Positions 39,100 through 51,147 of a stretch of 64,000 nt of DNA are shown piece after piece; the first letter of the stretch is position 1; each line of letters begins with the position of its first letter. Below the pieces are notes generated by a model. The model was not told the DNA's origin. It ran no database searches and saw only the letters and a program-made list of their open reading frames with translations. Position numbers and translations under genes: made by a program. Origin of the DNA: Lama glama (lineage: Eukaryota); NCBI GenBank assembly GCA_028534125.1, contig CM052832.1:20152001-20216000 (forward strand). The letters are read 5' to 3'.

Positions 39100-40130
39100 G
39101 AAATAACTCTATGTGTATTGTCAACCAAAAAAATAAAACATCAGGGAAATTTACCAAAACTATATAGAAAAATATATGAAGAAACTATAGGATTTATTGA
39201 TATATTGAAAGTCTTAATTTAAAAAAGAGCTGTATCATGTTTAGATAGGAATGCTAAATACTTTAATAACTGTCATTCATTGTCATCCTTAAAATAGTTT
39301 TTTACATAATTCTGAATAAAATCCTAAGACAGTCTTTCTTACGAAGTTGCAAAGTGTTTTACAAGTTTAATGGAAATTACAAATGGGCAGGGTTAGTAAT
39401 GGTAATTTCAAAAAAGGAATAAAGAGGTATGACCAGATATTGAAATATATAGTAATAGATGGCAATTAAAAATTGGAAATGAGTGAAAAATACGTGAAGT
39501 AATACAAGTGAAGGGGTATCTCCGATACAGATACACATTAAAATAATGTAATAATAGTCATTTTAAGTCAGTAGGGAAAGGGAGAACTATTCAATTAAAA
39601 GACATTGACAATTAGTTCAATATTAGAAGAGATAAAAACGTTAGAAATAATTTCATAACATATCAATATATTTCTTGTGGTAAAATTGACTAAAATATCT
39701 ATATAAAAAATCATAAAGTAAATATATGTAGGGAACATCTTTGTAAGCATCACTACCTAATTCAGAAACCATCCTGGCAAAAGATGATTGGGTTAAAACT
39801 ACATATATTTAATTAGGTTTACAAATAAAGTAAATGACACAATTAACTTGGCTAAATATTAATGTATTAATAAAAGTATCAATAGAAAATCAAGTAATTT
39901 GATTAAACATTTATTGAAATGTAAGCTTTAAGAAGGCAGAAATGTTTGTTTTATTTGCTCAATAAATATTATATAAATTCAGTGATAAAGAAGTACAAAT
40001 GTCCAACAGACACATGAAAAAGATTTGGCCTAATATCAAACAAAAGAAAATTAAATGAAACACTAAGTTTAGATCATTAAAGCAACAAATAGACAAAAGT
40101 AAAATCATAGTTATTTAATAATTGCAAGAA
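39100..40130 (+). mobile_element. Very decayed L1ME-type ORF2 remnant
   Basis: A-rich sense strand with L1 motifs: ACCAGATATTGAAATATA, AGTAGGGAAAGGGAGAACTATTCAATTAAA, GAAGTACAAATGTCCAACAGACACATGAAAAGAT. Confidence 0.7.
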
Positions 40131-40821
40131 TTTAATGACCATACAGACCATGCAGTCCTAGAACTGTGGACGTCAATTAATAAATAATTCTCCAACTAGA
40201 AATTAATGCAGATAACTATTTTCCCAAAATGTACATCTTGGCCCCACTCGTTTGGAAATTCTGACTAATTGTCCTTTGACACCTTATCTTGCTTAACAGT
40301 CATCTTCTGTCTCAGTTGTGTTCATTTGAATTATTTTAGGAGCCCACAATTTTACTTTTGCATATTGATGAGAGTGCAGTTTCTTAAATTATTTTATTTT
40401 GATTTTATTTCCTTACATCATTTAAAAAATTTAGATTTTCAAAGAAAAAATTTAAATTTTTGTTTCAATATGGAAAGGATTTAATGCATTAAATAAAGGT
40501 GCCCAAGTTACTGTCAAATGAGAAAAAGCACTTAAATGATATAAAATGTTAATGATGCCAAGTGACCTTCTAGTGCCCCATACAAATGATGCTTTGCACT
40601 AGTTCTGAAGGAGAAAAGTGATGGAGGAAGACTGAATCATCAAAGACAAAAAACAGGCAAGAACACAAAAGTATCATTTACTAGCAGGTAGTAACATATT
40701 CATAATACAAATGGATGCACTGCTTGAGTTCAGTCTTGGTATATGTGAAGACCCTGTCAATATAAATAGAACTCTTGTACTACAGTTAAATATGGGGATT
40801 GTTTTCCAATAATAATTCTAG

Positions 40822-40935
40822 GGTTTTCAAGTGGAGAGCATGCTTAGCATGCATGAGGTCCTGGGTTCAATCCCCAGTACCTCCTCGAAAAATAAAATAA
40901 ACAAATAAGCCTAATTACCTCCTCCTGCTAAAAAT
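40822..40935 (+). mobile_element. tRNA-Ala-derived SINE (camelid Vic-1 type), 5' end degraded
   Basis: AGTGGAGAGCATGCTTAGCATGCATGAGGTCCTGGGTTCAATCCCCAGTACCTCC, then an A-rich linker and CCTAATTACCT. Same architecture as the copy at 24008. Confidence 0.9.
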
Positions 40936-40949
40936 AGGACCTGAGATAC

Positions 40950-40967
40950 GGGGGGGGGGGGGGGGGG
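40950..40967. repeat. G18 homopolymer
   Basis: Directly visible. Confidence 0.97.
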
Positions 40968-41249
40968 AAGGTCCAAATACTAAGCTTAAGAGCTTCCTCT
41001 GGAAAAAAAAAGAAAACATGTGATTACTATTTTCATTTAGATTAGAAAGTTAAACACAAGTCAGTTATTTCAGTTGTGTTACTCAAGATTGTTAATATAT
41101 TTTGAAGCAAGAGGGTGTATATTTGTTGTTGTTCCAAGCTATTTTATTGTGTACATTGTGTAAAAAAATATTACTTGTTCCCTTTTGACAGCAGCCTGGT
41201 TGTAGTTTTGTAGGTTTTAATAGACAGGTAATGACAAAATCATATGTTC

Positions 41250-41545
41250 AGTCAGCTTAATTTAGGTATAATTTACATACAAATAAATGCACCTATTTTA
41301 AGTGTTCATGAAATTTGAAGATGTATGCATCCATCCATCCATCTCTATACCTTTAATATGTATTTTATAGTGTCTTCTGTGTATACAGTTCTGAGTTTAA
41401 AGGTTCATGTAGATTCAGGTAGTCACCACCACAATCGTGACAGTGAACAGTTCCATAGCCTGAAAAAATTTCCTCATGTTGTCTTTTTGTAGTCAGACCC
41501 TCCCTTTTTGATCCAATTTCATGATTAACCCAGTCTATCAATCTG
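41250..41545 (-). mobile_element. L1MC/MD/ME-type 3' end fragments
   Basis: AGGTATAATTTACATACAAATAAATGCACCTATTTTAAGTGT and GTAGATTCAGGTAGTCACCACCACAATC...GAACAGTTCCAT. Confidence 0.75.
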
Positions 41546-43759
41546 CAGTTCATTGTATGTCATGTTTATAGTTGCAGGCACAGTTCCCAGTCCTAAGGAA
41601 CAAAATTTACACATTCTCTTTCTCCATTTACAAAACTATTCTTTCTAAAATAGATAAATGTCAGCCCTTAACATTTATTTTAATTACGCAACAAAATTGC
41701 ACAGTATCCAGCACACAAGTAATTCTGTTATTGAAACATAAGAAACAAATACCTTTGGAAAAAAGTCCTATACTTGAAAACATACGGTAGACAATCTGTA
41801 GAGCTACGTTCTGGAAACCACAATGCCAAATGAAAAGACAAATAATCAAACATTGAGCTTTACTCAGCATTTTATCCAAGGGCTTCAAACAATTTTACCA
41901 ATAGAAACTATTAATCTTGACAAAACACAATATAAAGATACCAATGCATTATAAAAATCACTGGACACAGATTAAATCACATGGATTCTTTTGAAGCAAC
42001 CCATTCAGATTTTTTCTCTTAGCAGGATGAGATTTCTCTGGAGTAGAGTAGGCTTTCCAGTTGTTTGTTTTTGTGTGGGGGTGTTTGATTTTTAACAGAA
42101 GGGAAACATCAAATGAATTCTGCATTAGGATGATCTCTTAAACTTTAAAGAATGTATGCTATAATGCTGGTTCCCCTTCACTGAGATTATATGTCTCTGG
42201 TTCAGTGATTTGAAATAAACTAGGAGCTTCAATTGGTGTCTTGTTTTGCATTTCAGTTCATTATGGTCACTGGAAGATATTAGTCTAATAGCTCTTTTGA
42301 ATTGATTGCTTCCTCCATTTGCAGGAACTTTCCTGTAAATTCTTGCATTAAACAATTCCCATTTATGTTCATTAGATGATAAAATGAAATCTTACTGCAG
42401 ACATGCCCTGAACTTAAGTTTAGCTCTTATAGTGAAAATGACTGGATGCAGGGAATTTTTTTTTTTTATTGTAATAGCTCACTTATTTTCCCTCTGTTGT
42501 CATACCCTTTGGCTCTCCAGTAAGTAAACTGCCATGTAAGGATAGACCTAAATATCTAACATGGTGGATCCTAGTTTTATCTGCTTTTGTCACAGATCCT
42601 CTGTGACTCTCAGAGATTTCTAGCAAGTGGTAAGAAAAAGCCAGCAAAACCATGTCCTTCTGAGAGCGTTCTCTTAGCGTGACATCTTTGCCTGCTGCCA
42701 AATCTTCCCTCTAGCTTGGAGAAGGTATAAAGAGACCTCGAACATTCACTGATGTCTGGTAGATTCAGCAAACAGAATTCTGGGTTTACTTTTACACCAG
42801 ACAGATAGATGGATATAAGTATATAGTAGAGACACTAAATATGCTTTTTCTAACTTCCAGATAGGTATTTTTCACTTAGCCATCACTGCCCTTTTATTAT
42901 TCCTTGAGTATTTCCCCATTAGTCACTTACCAATATGACAGTAGATATTTAAAGGAAGGTAGACCTTGAAGGTGCAGGGTAAATACAAACCTAATTCTCC
43001 TTTCAATCTACCTAAATATTCAATAGTTCTTAATAAAAATACAGGTTAAATTTTGTATTGTTATTGTCATTAGTCAATATTATTATTAGCATACTGTTTT
43101 TTTTTAAACAATTGTCTCTGACAGTTAATTCACTTTTTATTGTAGCGTGGCCCACTGGGAATTATAAACTTGATAGTGATGGGAATAGGAAAAATATCCA
43201 GGAAGCACCTGCAAATTACAAAGAGATGCTGAATATTTTCTTCCTCATAAGAGTTTATTTTTATTACCTTATCTTTCTTCTCTGTAAAATTTTAATAAAA
43301 ATATATATGTAGTGTGCTGTGGTTTCTTGGAACACATAAATTAGGGTGTTTATTCCTATTAGTTCCTGTTTGTGTTACCTTCATTTTGGCAAATCAGCCT
43401 GTCAGTTCTGTGGGATTGTATTGTGCACATACACCTCCAAAGTCTTCATGACTGTATCCAAATGTTTTGACTCACCCCTGAATATAATATTTTTATTTTT
43501 TCTAATTCTGTTCAGTTTTCATGATTATGTAATAATTAATGGTATTCTCTAACACAGTATATTTTTATCTAAATTCCCTTGCAATTTTAATGCATAAGTG
43601 ACCTAACTGGAAGCCCCCTATAATGATTTTATCCAACAAGACTCTGCTCTAAATTTAATTGAAGTATGTTACGTTGGGAGACTGACAGGGGTCGTGAAGA
43701 TATGATGCTGATCTGTTTTCTGCTTCACTGCTTCACCAGTGATCTTGATGTAGACCATT

Positions 43760-44040
43760 CAAGGACATGTTTTCAGGCCTGATGTTGTCCTACTATCATC
43801 CCCTCCTGCATGAGACTCTTGGCCTGCGGCTTCTTTGATCTTTCTCAGGTGACTTTGCCAGTGTCTTCTCCTCTGCCAGACCCTTTACTGTTCATATTGC
43901 TTTGTCTCTGTGCTTTGGCTTTCTTCTCTTACCCTGAATTATCTCAGCCAGTCCCATAATCTTTCCATTGCTGTATCCATGTCAGTCTGTCTCATATCTG
44001 TCCCTTTGAATTGTCACCTTACTCCTGAGCTCCATTATCT
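43760..44040 (+). mobile_element. L2 fragment
   Basis: TCTTCTCCTCTGCCAGACCCTTTA...TCTCAGCCAGTCCCAT...CTCCTGAGCTCC. Confidence 0.55.
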
Positions 44041-44194
44041 ACAGATAGATATAGACTCATCTTAGAAGTTAAGAAGAAACTTGGTAGAGTCAACTGCCTA
44101 GCTGATTTTTTTGGTAGCCACTTGTGGGTTGAGGGATAGTGGTGGTTGGGACTAAGCAGTGAGCCTAACGATTAATATAGTTAAGTTGAAATAA

Positions 44195-44375
44195 AAGAGA
44201 CAAGCTCAATTCCTGATTTTACTGCTTTAGAACTTTGTTATATTATGAAAGATTGTAACCTTCCTGAGCCTTGATTTCCTCATTTAAAAATGATATTAAT
44301 AACAGCAAATACTTGTTCTAACTAGAAAATGAAGTCATGCTTGGTCTGTAGTAAGTATTTAATACAAATAATAAC
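44195..44375 (+). mobile_element. MIR SINE
   Basis: TAACCTTCCTGAGCCTTGATTTCCTCATTTAAAAATGATATTAATAA...GTAGTAAGTATTTAATA. Confidence 0.75.
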
Positions 44376-44659
44376 TTTCGTAATAGAGAATTTTTCCATC
44401 ATGAATTCTCTACAAATTTGCTCATAAGAAAACCAGTGAGAGGGAGGGGGGGTGCTGTCCCATCTAGGAAGATGAGAAAAAGGTCAGGGGACAGAGAGCA
44501 CCTTCAAGCGCCTGGGCAGCTATTTTTAGGACGGGAACAGTGTCTGGGAAAGCGGTGGTTAAGATGTGTGGGTGGTGGTAACTGTAAGAGCTGAATAAAG
44601 CATTGTGATAATGAGAGCAGGAGAAGCCATAGAATTGGATGTCCAAGAGAATTTCTCCC

Positions 44660-45449
44660 TCTGTTTATAATCTCCAGCTTTGTTGAGATATGAACGGCAT
44701 GTAACGTTGTGTCAGCTTAAGGTGCACAATGCAATGACTTGATACAGGTATATACAGGGAATGTTTGACACTATAAGGTTAGTTAACACATCCTTCCCCT
44801 CACATAGTTACCATTTTGTTGTTATGGTGAGAATGTTTAAAATCTACTCTCATAACAACTTTCAAGTATACAACACAGTATTGTTAACTGTTGTCACCAT
44901 GCTATACATTATATTCCTGGAAATTACTTCTCTTATAACTGGAAGTTTATATGCTTTTGACAAGAATCTATTCACTTCCCCCACCTCCCAGCTTCCACTG
45001 TGCTACCTTGCTTCAGTTCAGCTTTTTCAGATTCCATATGTAAGTATTTGTCTTTCTCTACCTGACGCTTAACATGTTTCCCTCAAGGTCCATCCATGTC
45101 ATGCCAAGAGGCATAGTTTCTTCTTTTTTTATGGCTGGTTAATATGCTTTTGTGTATATGTATATACATATTTATACTACATTTTCTTTATCCATTTCTC
45201 CATCCATGGACACTTAATTTGTTTCAGTACCTTGGCAGGTGTGCATATATTGCCAGGAACATGTAAGTGTAGTTATCTCCCCAGGTTAGTGGTTTTATTT
45301 CCTTTGGCTGTATATACACCCAGGAGTGGAATTGCTAGATTATATGGCAGTTGTATTTTTAATATTTTGAGGAAATTCTATACTGTTTTCTATAGTGGCT
45401 GTACCAATTTACATTCCCATCAACAGTACACAAGGGTTCCCTTTTCCTG
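44660..45449 (-). mobile_element. L1MA9-like 3' end
   Basis: GTTAGTTAACACATCC...CTCACATAGTTACC...AAAATCTACTCTC...CAACTTTCAAGTATACAA...TAGTGGCTGTACCAATTTACATTCCCATCAACAGT...AGGGTTCCCTTTTC. Confidence 0.92.
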
Positions 45450-45559
45450 ATTAGATGAAATAAATTTAACATTTTAATTTCCTGTTTAGATAAAATAAAT
45501 TTTTCTTAATGGTATTTGGTATGAATAATTCTTCTATGTACTTATGTTACCATTTTAAT

Positions 45560-46340
45560 GTAAGTTTTGGTCATTTTATTTTACTTTATATTTTGCATTT
45601 TTAAAATAATTTTCAGTGATTTAAAAAATAGATTATGTATTTTTATTACTCAAAGTTCAAAACTATATAGAAAAAATTTACATAGAAGTCTTGCTTCCAC
45701 TCCTGAGCCTTTTCCACATTGCATTTATCCATCCAAATATAACTCCTTGTGGGAGTGAGAAACTGCACCTTATATCTCCCTCCCAACACACACATTCCCT
45801 ATAAATAATTACTTTCATTAGTTCTTTCTGTTCTTCTTTAGTTTCCTTTTCCAAATACTACCAAATCCATCCTTTCTTTTTCTTCCACAAAACATGTAAG
45901 CATATTGCATAATATGTACTATTGTACTCTTAAGTTTTTTTTTAAATTGAAGTATAGTTGATTTATATATTGTGTTAGTTTTTGGTGTACAACATAGTGA
46001 TTCAGTGATACATATATTCTTTTTTATTATAGGTTATTGCAAGATCTTCCATTATAGGTTATTAAGGTATAAGCATAGCTTATAGTAATAAGATATTAAT
46101 GTAATTCCCTGTGCTGTACAGTAGGACCTTGTTGTTCACCTATTTTATATATAGTAGTTTGTATCTGCCAATCCCAAACTCTTAATACCAGTCAGAATGG
46201 CCTTCATTAAAAAGTCCACAAACAATAAATGCTGGAGAGGGTGTGGAGAAAAGGGAACGCTCCTACACCGCTGGTGGGAATGTAATTCTGGAGAACAGCA
46301 TGGAAGTGCCTTGTGCCCTTTGTTTTTATCACTTAAGAAT
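45560..46340 (-). mobile_element. Old L1ME-type 3'UTR, host of the inverted L1 at 45935-46310
   Basis: TAATTACTTTCATTAGTTCTTT...ACTATTGTAC, then the insert, then TTTGTTTTTATCACTTAA. The two sides join to give the L1ME motif ACTGTTCTGTACCTTGCTTTTTTCACTTAA. Confidence 0.5.
45935..46310 (-). mobile_element. Artiodactyl-type L1 with a 5' inversion (twin-priming structure)
   Basis: 45935-46186 is poly(T) plus antisense 3'UTR. 46187-46310 is sense-strand ORF2 C-terminus ([32 protein letters not shown]). Candidate TSD TTGTACTCTT (45922-45931) / TTGTGCCCTT (46311-46320). Confidence 0.85.
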
Positions 46341-46341
46341 G

Positions 46342-46557
46342 CAGCTGACCCTTAAGCAGTGCAGGGGTTAGGGGCACCGAACCTCCGCCCAGTCAAAGAT
46401 TCATGTGTAACTTTACAGTCCATCCTCCATATCCATGGTTCTGCTTCTGCGGATTCAGTCAACCACAGATCCTGTAGTCCTGTACTGAACATTGAAAAAA
46501 ACTCAGTGTATAAGTGCACCTGCCTAGTTCAAATCCATGTTGTTCAAGGGCCAGCTA
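46342..46557. mobile_element. Tigger2-family MITE (MER8-like)
   Basis: Terminal inverted repeats CAGCTGACCCTTAAGCA and TGTTCAAGGGCCAGCTA. TA on the right side and TG on the left (mutated TA TSD). Internal GGGGTTAGGGGCACCGA motif. Confidence 0.88.
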
Positions 46558-46629
46558 TATGTACTGGAAGTGTATGCATATCATTTCATAGACATCATCA
46601 TTATTTTTTAAACAAAACTAATGTGATCC

Positions 46630-47245
46630 GTATGCACTGTGCTAAAGCATTCAGGCTTTAGCTCATTTACTTCTCACCGAAGCTCTGCAGGGAGGCTGCA
46701 TTGAGCCATGCCATACAGAGCCGCTTCCGTGATTGAAGTACTCATTCCCCCAGCTATTTGTAGTGTTGGCAGCCTACACTTCTCAGTTAAGACCATCTTG
46801 AGGACTTGCCTTTGTGGGAAGGGATGACCCCATGTCACAGTCCTTTCCAGTGTTTGGTGGCTGCACAAGTTCAAATGCAAACCCTGATGTCCTAATTTGA
46901 AAGGATTCCCGTGGGAGGGGAACCGGTCTGCTCCAGCACTCCCATTAAAATTGGCTGAGGCCTTTGTTGTGACTGTATCACTCTTAAACCTGTCCCCCGT
47001 CCAGTCGTGCTTCTTCTACCCACACCTTCCTCAGAACAACACTCTCCAAGAAACTTCCGCACACAGTTCCCTTCGAGCTTCTGTTTCCCAAGGAGCCTAA
47101 CCTGTGACATCTTATGGAGTACACTAGTATGATCTTAATTTTACAGATGAAAAACTTGATACATACATTAGACAGTAATTGCCCCAAAACATCAGCTAGT
47201 TAAGCGTAGAGCCTGAATTCATATCCAAGTTTTTCTGTGTTGTTT
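46630..47245 (-). mobile_element. MIR SINE split by the LTR16-like element
   Basis: GCACTGTGCTAAAGCATT...CTCATTTACTTCTCAC lies before the LTR, and ATTTTACAGATGAAAAACT...GTAATTGCCCCAAAACATCAGCTAGT...AGAGCCTGAATTC lies after it. Confidence 0.75.
46680..47109 (+). mobile_element. LTR16-like ERVL solo LTR
   Basis: CTCATTCCCCCAGCT...GGCTGAGGCCTTTGTTGTGACTG...CTCCAAGAAACTTCCGCACAC...TCTGTTTCCCAAGGAGCCTAACCTGTGACA (LTR16-type 3' terminus). Confidence 0.8.
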
Positions 47246-47289
47246 GTAGCCACCTCACAGTGCTAGCTGATCCATCTAATTTAAGCAAC

Positions 47290-48105
47290 GTTTCCCTCCC
47301 TCTGTCCTGAAACACTTCGACTTCCTCCTGATAGGTCTCCTGGCCTTGACTCTTTCACCCTCTCCAGGCTGCAAACAGTGGTCTTTCAAAACCTCAAGAG
47401 ATCACTACCACACCTAAAAGCCTTAAGCACGTTCTTCTTGGACATAAAGACAGAGTAAAAAATATTTCACGTGGCACACAGAGTTCTCCATTTGCTAGGG
47501 ACTGAATTGTCTGCTCCCAGAATTCATATGTTGAAGCCCTACCCCGCAGTGTAACTGTGTTTGGAGATAGGGCTTTGAGGAGGAAATTACCCTAAACTGA
47601 GATCTTAAGGGTAGGATCACAGTCTAATAGGCGCAAAGCAAAGTCCACATGAGCACACAGTGAGAAAGCGGCCACCTGCAAGCCAGGAGGAGGGCTCACA
47701 CTAGAATCTGACCGTGCTAGCATCCTGATCTCAGACTTCTAGTTTCAAGAACTATGAGAAAATAAATTTCTGTTTAAGCCACTCAGCCATGATACTTTGT
47801 ATGGCAGCCCTAGCTGACTGAGACATCATTATTTGGTCTCTGCATCTGCTTCAAGCCTCATTTCTCTCTCCTCTCCCACTGTTCTCAGCTCAGCTGGGCT
47901 CGTGGTGTACTTCCCCTCTTCATCAGAGTAACTCTCTACCACCTTCATCTGAACAGCTGACTCAAGCGTCAGTCTCATCTTTCAAGTTAACCAGATAGAG
48001 TAGTGTTTCCTGAGCCCCTAATTAGGTCAGCCCTGTTTATTTAGTGGCCCTCATAGTATCTGTCCTTACTCATGCATAACGCTCATTGCATTTGTGATTG
48101 TTGGG
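47290..48105 (+). mobile_element. L2 fragment split by an MLT1A LTR
   Basis: CTCCTGATAGGTCTCCTGGCC...CAGTGGTCTTTCAAAA...TTCACGTGGCACACAGAGTTCTCCAT, then the LTR, then ATTTGGTCTCTGC... Confidence 0.65.
47493..47825 (+). mobile_element. MLT1A0-like MaLR solo LTR, both termini present
   Basis: TG...CA termini (TGCTAGGGACTGAATTG ... GCAGCCCTAGCTGACTGAGACA), AATAAA poly(A) signal, and a 5-bp TSD CCATT (47488-47492) / TCATT (47826-47830). Confidence 0.93.
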
Positions 48106-48124
48106 ACTTTTTGTCTTTTGTGTA

Positions 48125-48325
48125 CTTTTTGTCAAAGTACCACCTACACAGAGAAAATGCCAGGGCACCCCCTCAAAGAATGTTCACAAAATGAACACAC
48201 GTGTGTAATCAGCATCCAGATTTTTTTTTAAACGGGACAGACCAGCATCCCAGAAGCTTCCTTGGGTTCCGTCCCTTTTACCATCTTCTCCCACCTGCGG
48301 TGACCATGAACCTGCTTTTTAACAT
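48125..48325 (-). mobile_element. L1MD/ME-type 3' end fragment
   Basis: GAATGTTCACAAAATGAACACACGTGTGTAATCAGCATCCAGAT...ACCAGCATCCCAGAAGC. Confidence 0.7.
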
Positions 48326-48344
48326 TACTGTGTGGCTTTGTAAT

Positions 48345-48900
48345 GTGTTTTTAATTGAACTGTGCTAAGCTTTGTATCCTTGGATTCTTTCTCTTAAAAG
48401 TTTCCGATTAGAGTGAGGTGCAAAAGAGGTTCTTACAGGAGACTGGGGCTGCAGAAGTGAAGTTCAGCTATTTTGTTGCTCACGTGCGTTGTTGCTGGTG
48501 AGGGAGCAGCCATTCTGTACCAGGATCCAGCTTCCCCAGCACCCTCTTCCACTTCAACTTCCAGGTCAGGTGTGTGTACAGGAGCCCTGGATTCTGCAGG
48601 ACCCCTGTACCACCGATGTCAGAGGCAACCAGAAAGTGACGTGGATTGCAGTCTGTCCTCTTGGCTCTGACTCATCCTTCCAGCTAGTTCTCTCCCACTT
48701 TACATCCATCTTCCCTTCTCAGCGGCCTGCCCTGCAGACCTCAAGCTCCAGCATCAGCCTTACGGAAGTTGCTTAAGTCTGCTCCCACAGTTAGGTAAAT
48801 TCACGTCCCTGTGAGAAATACCTATTTATCTATGTATGCATAAATACGTACAGGCACATATACACACAAGTACGTATGCCTTTATGTGTATATAAAGGTT
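48345..48900 (+). mobile_element. LTR41-like ERVL solo LTR
   Basis: GCAGAAGTGAAG...CCTGCCCTGCAGACCTCAAGCTCCAGCATCAGCCTTAC...TGCTTAA...GCTCCCACA resemble LTR41. Confidence 0.7.
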
Positions 48901-49429
48901 CTTCTCCCTTGATTGAAATTTGCAGTCACTCATTTAAAATTCGTACTTCATCCCAGTCTGTAAGCTCTGTGATGTTAGGGATTATTCTTCATTCTCTCCT
49001 GCCTAAAATTGGCCCAAATAAGTGGCAGGGAATGCCATACTCTCCTGTTGTGAGGAAGAAATGATGCCTCCATGGCCTGCCAATAGTACATAACCTTTCT
49101 TCTCTGATCACATCAGCATTCAACGTTAGGTCCTCTCTCTCTTCCCTTCTCTCCCCCTGCCCACCCCTCCCAACACACACTCCAGTATAGAGAATGAACA
49201 ATCACTTTTGCAGTGGAATTATTCACTAGAAGCCAGCACTGGCCAGGGATTTTTCTCTTTAGAAGAACAGAAATTTTTTTGAAAATTCTGAAAAACAGAC
49301 TTCTCTTCAGAGATTTTTTGGTTATTTATCTGTTAACCCTTATAATAAGATATTGTGGAAAATTAGATCAATTATATCCTTACCAAATACTTGCTTAGAT
49401 TGACTTCATAAAAGTAAAACTGTGAATTT

Positions 49430-49755
49430 TTCTGCCCGTGAATCTCTCCCAAGTCTCCCTCTCCCAATTCTACTTTCATCTCCTTTGACTAATTCAAAGT
49501 TTTCTTGTGTTTATCAGTCTAAACCTTACCTACTTTCCCAAAGAATCTCTTTTAGTCTTTTCCCTAAACTACAATAGATGGTTAACTAGATTAAATTATC
49601 ATATGCCCAAAACATTCCTATTGCATTACCACACTGCATAGTTATAGCTATTGCTTGTTCAGTGGTCTGATTCCCCACTTGTCCTTAGAGATGAACAAAT
49701 TTCCTACTCTTTTTAGTATTCTCAGTGCACAGCACATTTCTTAGAGCATTTACTT
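49430..49755 (+). mobile_element. L2 3' fragment
   Basis: Pyrimidine-rich, ending CTGATTCCCCACT...GTATTCTCAGTGCACAGCACATT. Confidence 0.5.
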
Positions 49756-51147
49756 TCTAGATAACAAAAGTAAATAAACTCTAATCCAGAAAACCATCCT
49801 TAGACTCAAGTGAACATCAAGTATTCCCTATCCTCATCACCTTGAAAGAATTTCCAACAAGATAAAGTAACCTTACGTTTCATAGAAGTTATCCATTAAA
49901 GAATATCTCAATGTTTCCACCCACTTCTTCCCTCTTGACCTCAGTGGGGTTTTTCTGACCACTCCTACCTAATTTTTCCCTTTGTTCTGGCACCCTACAG
50001 ATACTGGAAGCATCCATGTCATATGAGCTATATGCCGATGATACTACTTGTTGATGTCACCTTTCAGTGTAGACAATGTCATCATTGCCAGTGACATAAT
50101 GTTTCCATGTTGTGAGGTCTTTCTGAAGTCAAGCTTGTATGGTTTCTGGGGCATGCAGAATCTTAATAGCCACAGGGGTTGAGTTCGTCCTGGTAATCTC
50201 ATAGTCCACTTCTAATAGTCTTCTAAACCACTCTCCTTGTCCTCACTCCAGAAGTGGAAACCCTTGTAGAAAATAAAATTGTTCATGGTGAAGCTCTAGC
50301 CATGCTGCCCCCTCATTCCTTATGAATCAAGATTTCTCAGGACCCCTGTTGTGTTACTCTCACTATGGACACCCTACCAGTCTCCTCTCCCCCAAAATCC
50401 AAGATGGAAACCCTTGTGTTTCTCATTAAGATAATCATGAAGTTTATTTTCAGAATTTTGGCAAAGCCAACTTTACTTCTGAGTGAGGGTTGGATGTGGT
50501 GTAAGGATTGGTTATTAGGTTCAGACTGAGAGACAATGTAATCATGACTAAACATCAGGCTAATGTTTGCAGGTGGGGAGAATCAGTGCCTGAATAAACT
50601 GCTCCAGCATAGAAGAACTCAAGTAGAGAAAAAGATCAGTTGAGAAAGTGTGCTCTTCAATGACAGAAGAGAAATTTTTGGAGCCTCATTACATGGATAG
50701 TCATTAGTACATACTTGTGTATAGGGCTGGGCATCCCTCTGGTCCAGCCATGTGGCCTGTTTGTCCTTTTTTGCATCTTGCTTATCTCATCCTTATAATG
50801 GGTAGGTAGAATAAACTAATATTTTAAAATAATTTTGTTGTAGAGCTAAATTCTACAGTTTTTTGGGGCGGGGGGCGTTGAGATTAGAAGCAAGAAAATT
50901 AAACTTGGAGTTGAAGCTCACTGCTGTAAAGGGTCCCAACCTCCAATAGGAAAAATGCAGACAGATCTGTTTTTAACCAAAGCAGAAGAGGTGAGAGAGT
51001 GAGTAGACTGTGGGTTGCAGCAGTTTGTATCTCACTTTCAGATGAACTGTGCATTTTACGTGCCTGTGACTCACTAGGCTAACAAAAACCACCTCACAAG
51101 CAAAATCTTAAATACAATTAGATGTTTTCCAATACATACATCTACCC

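Noticed and set aside
41192..41227. Possible 36-nt exon (TTCCCTTTTGACAG| ... CAG|GTAATG)
   Set aside because: The donor is weak, the body is T-rich and intron-like, and such site pairs are common by chance.
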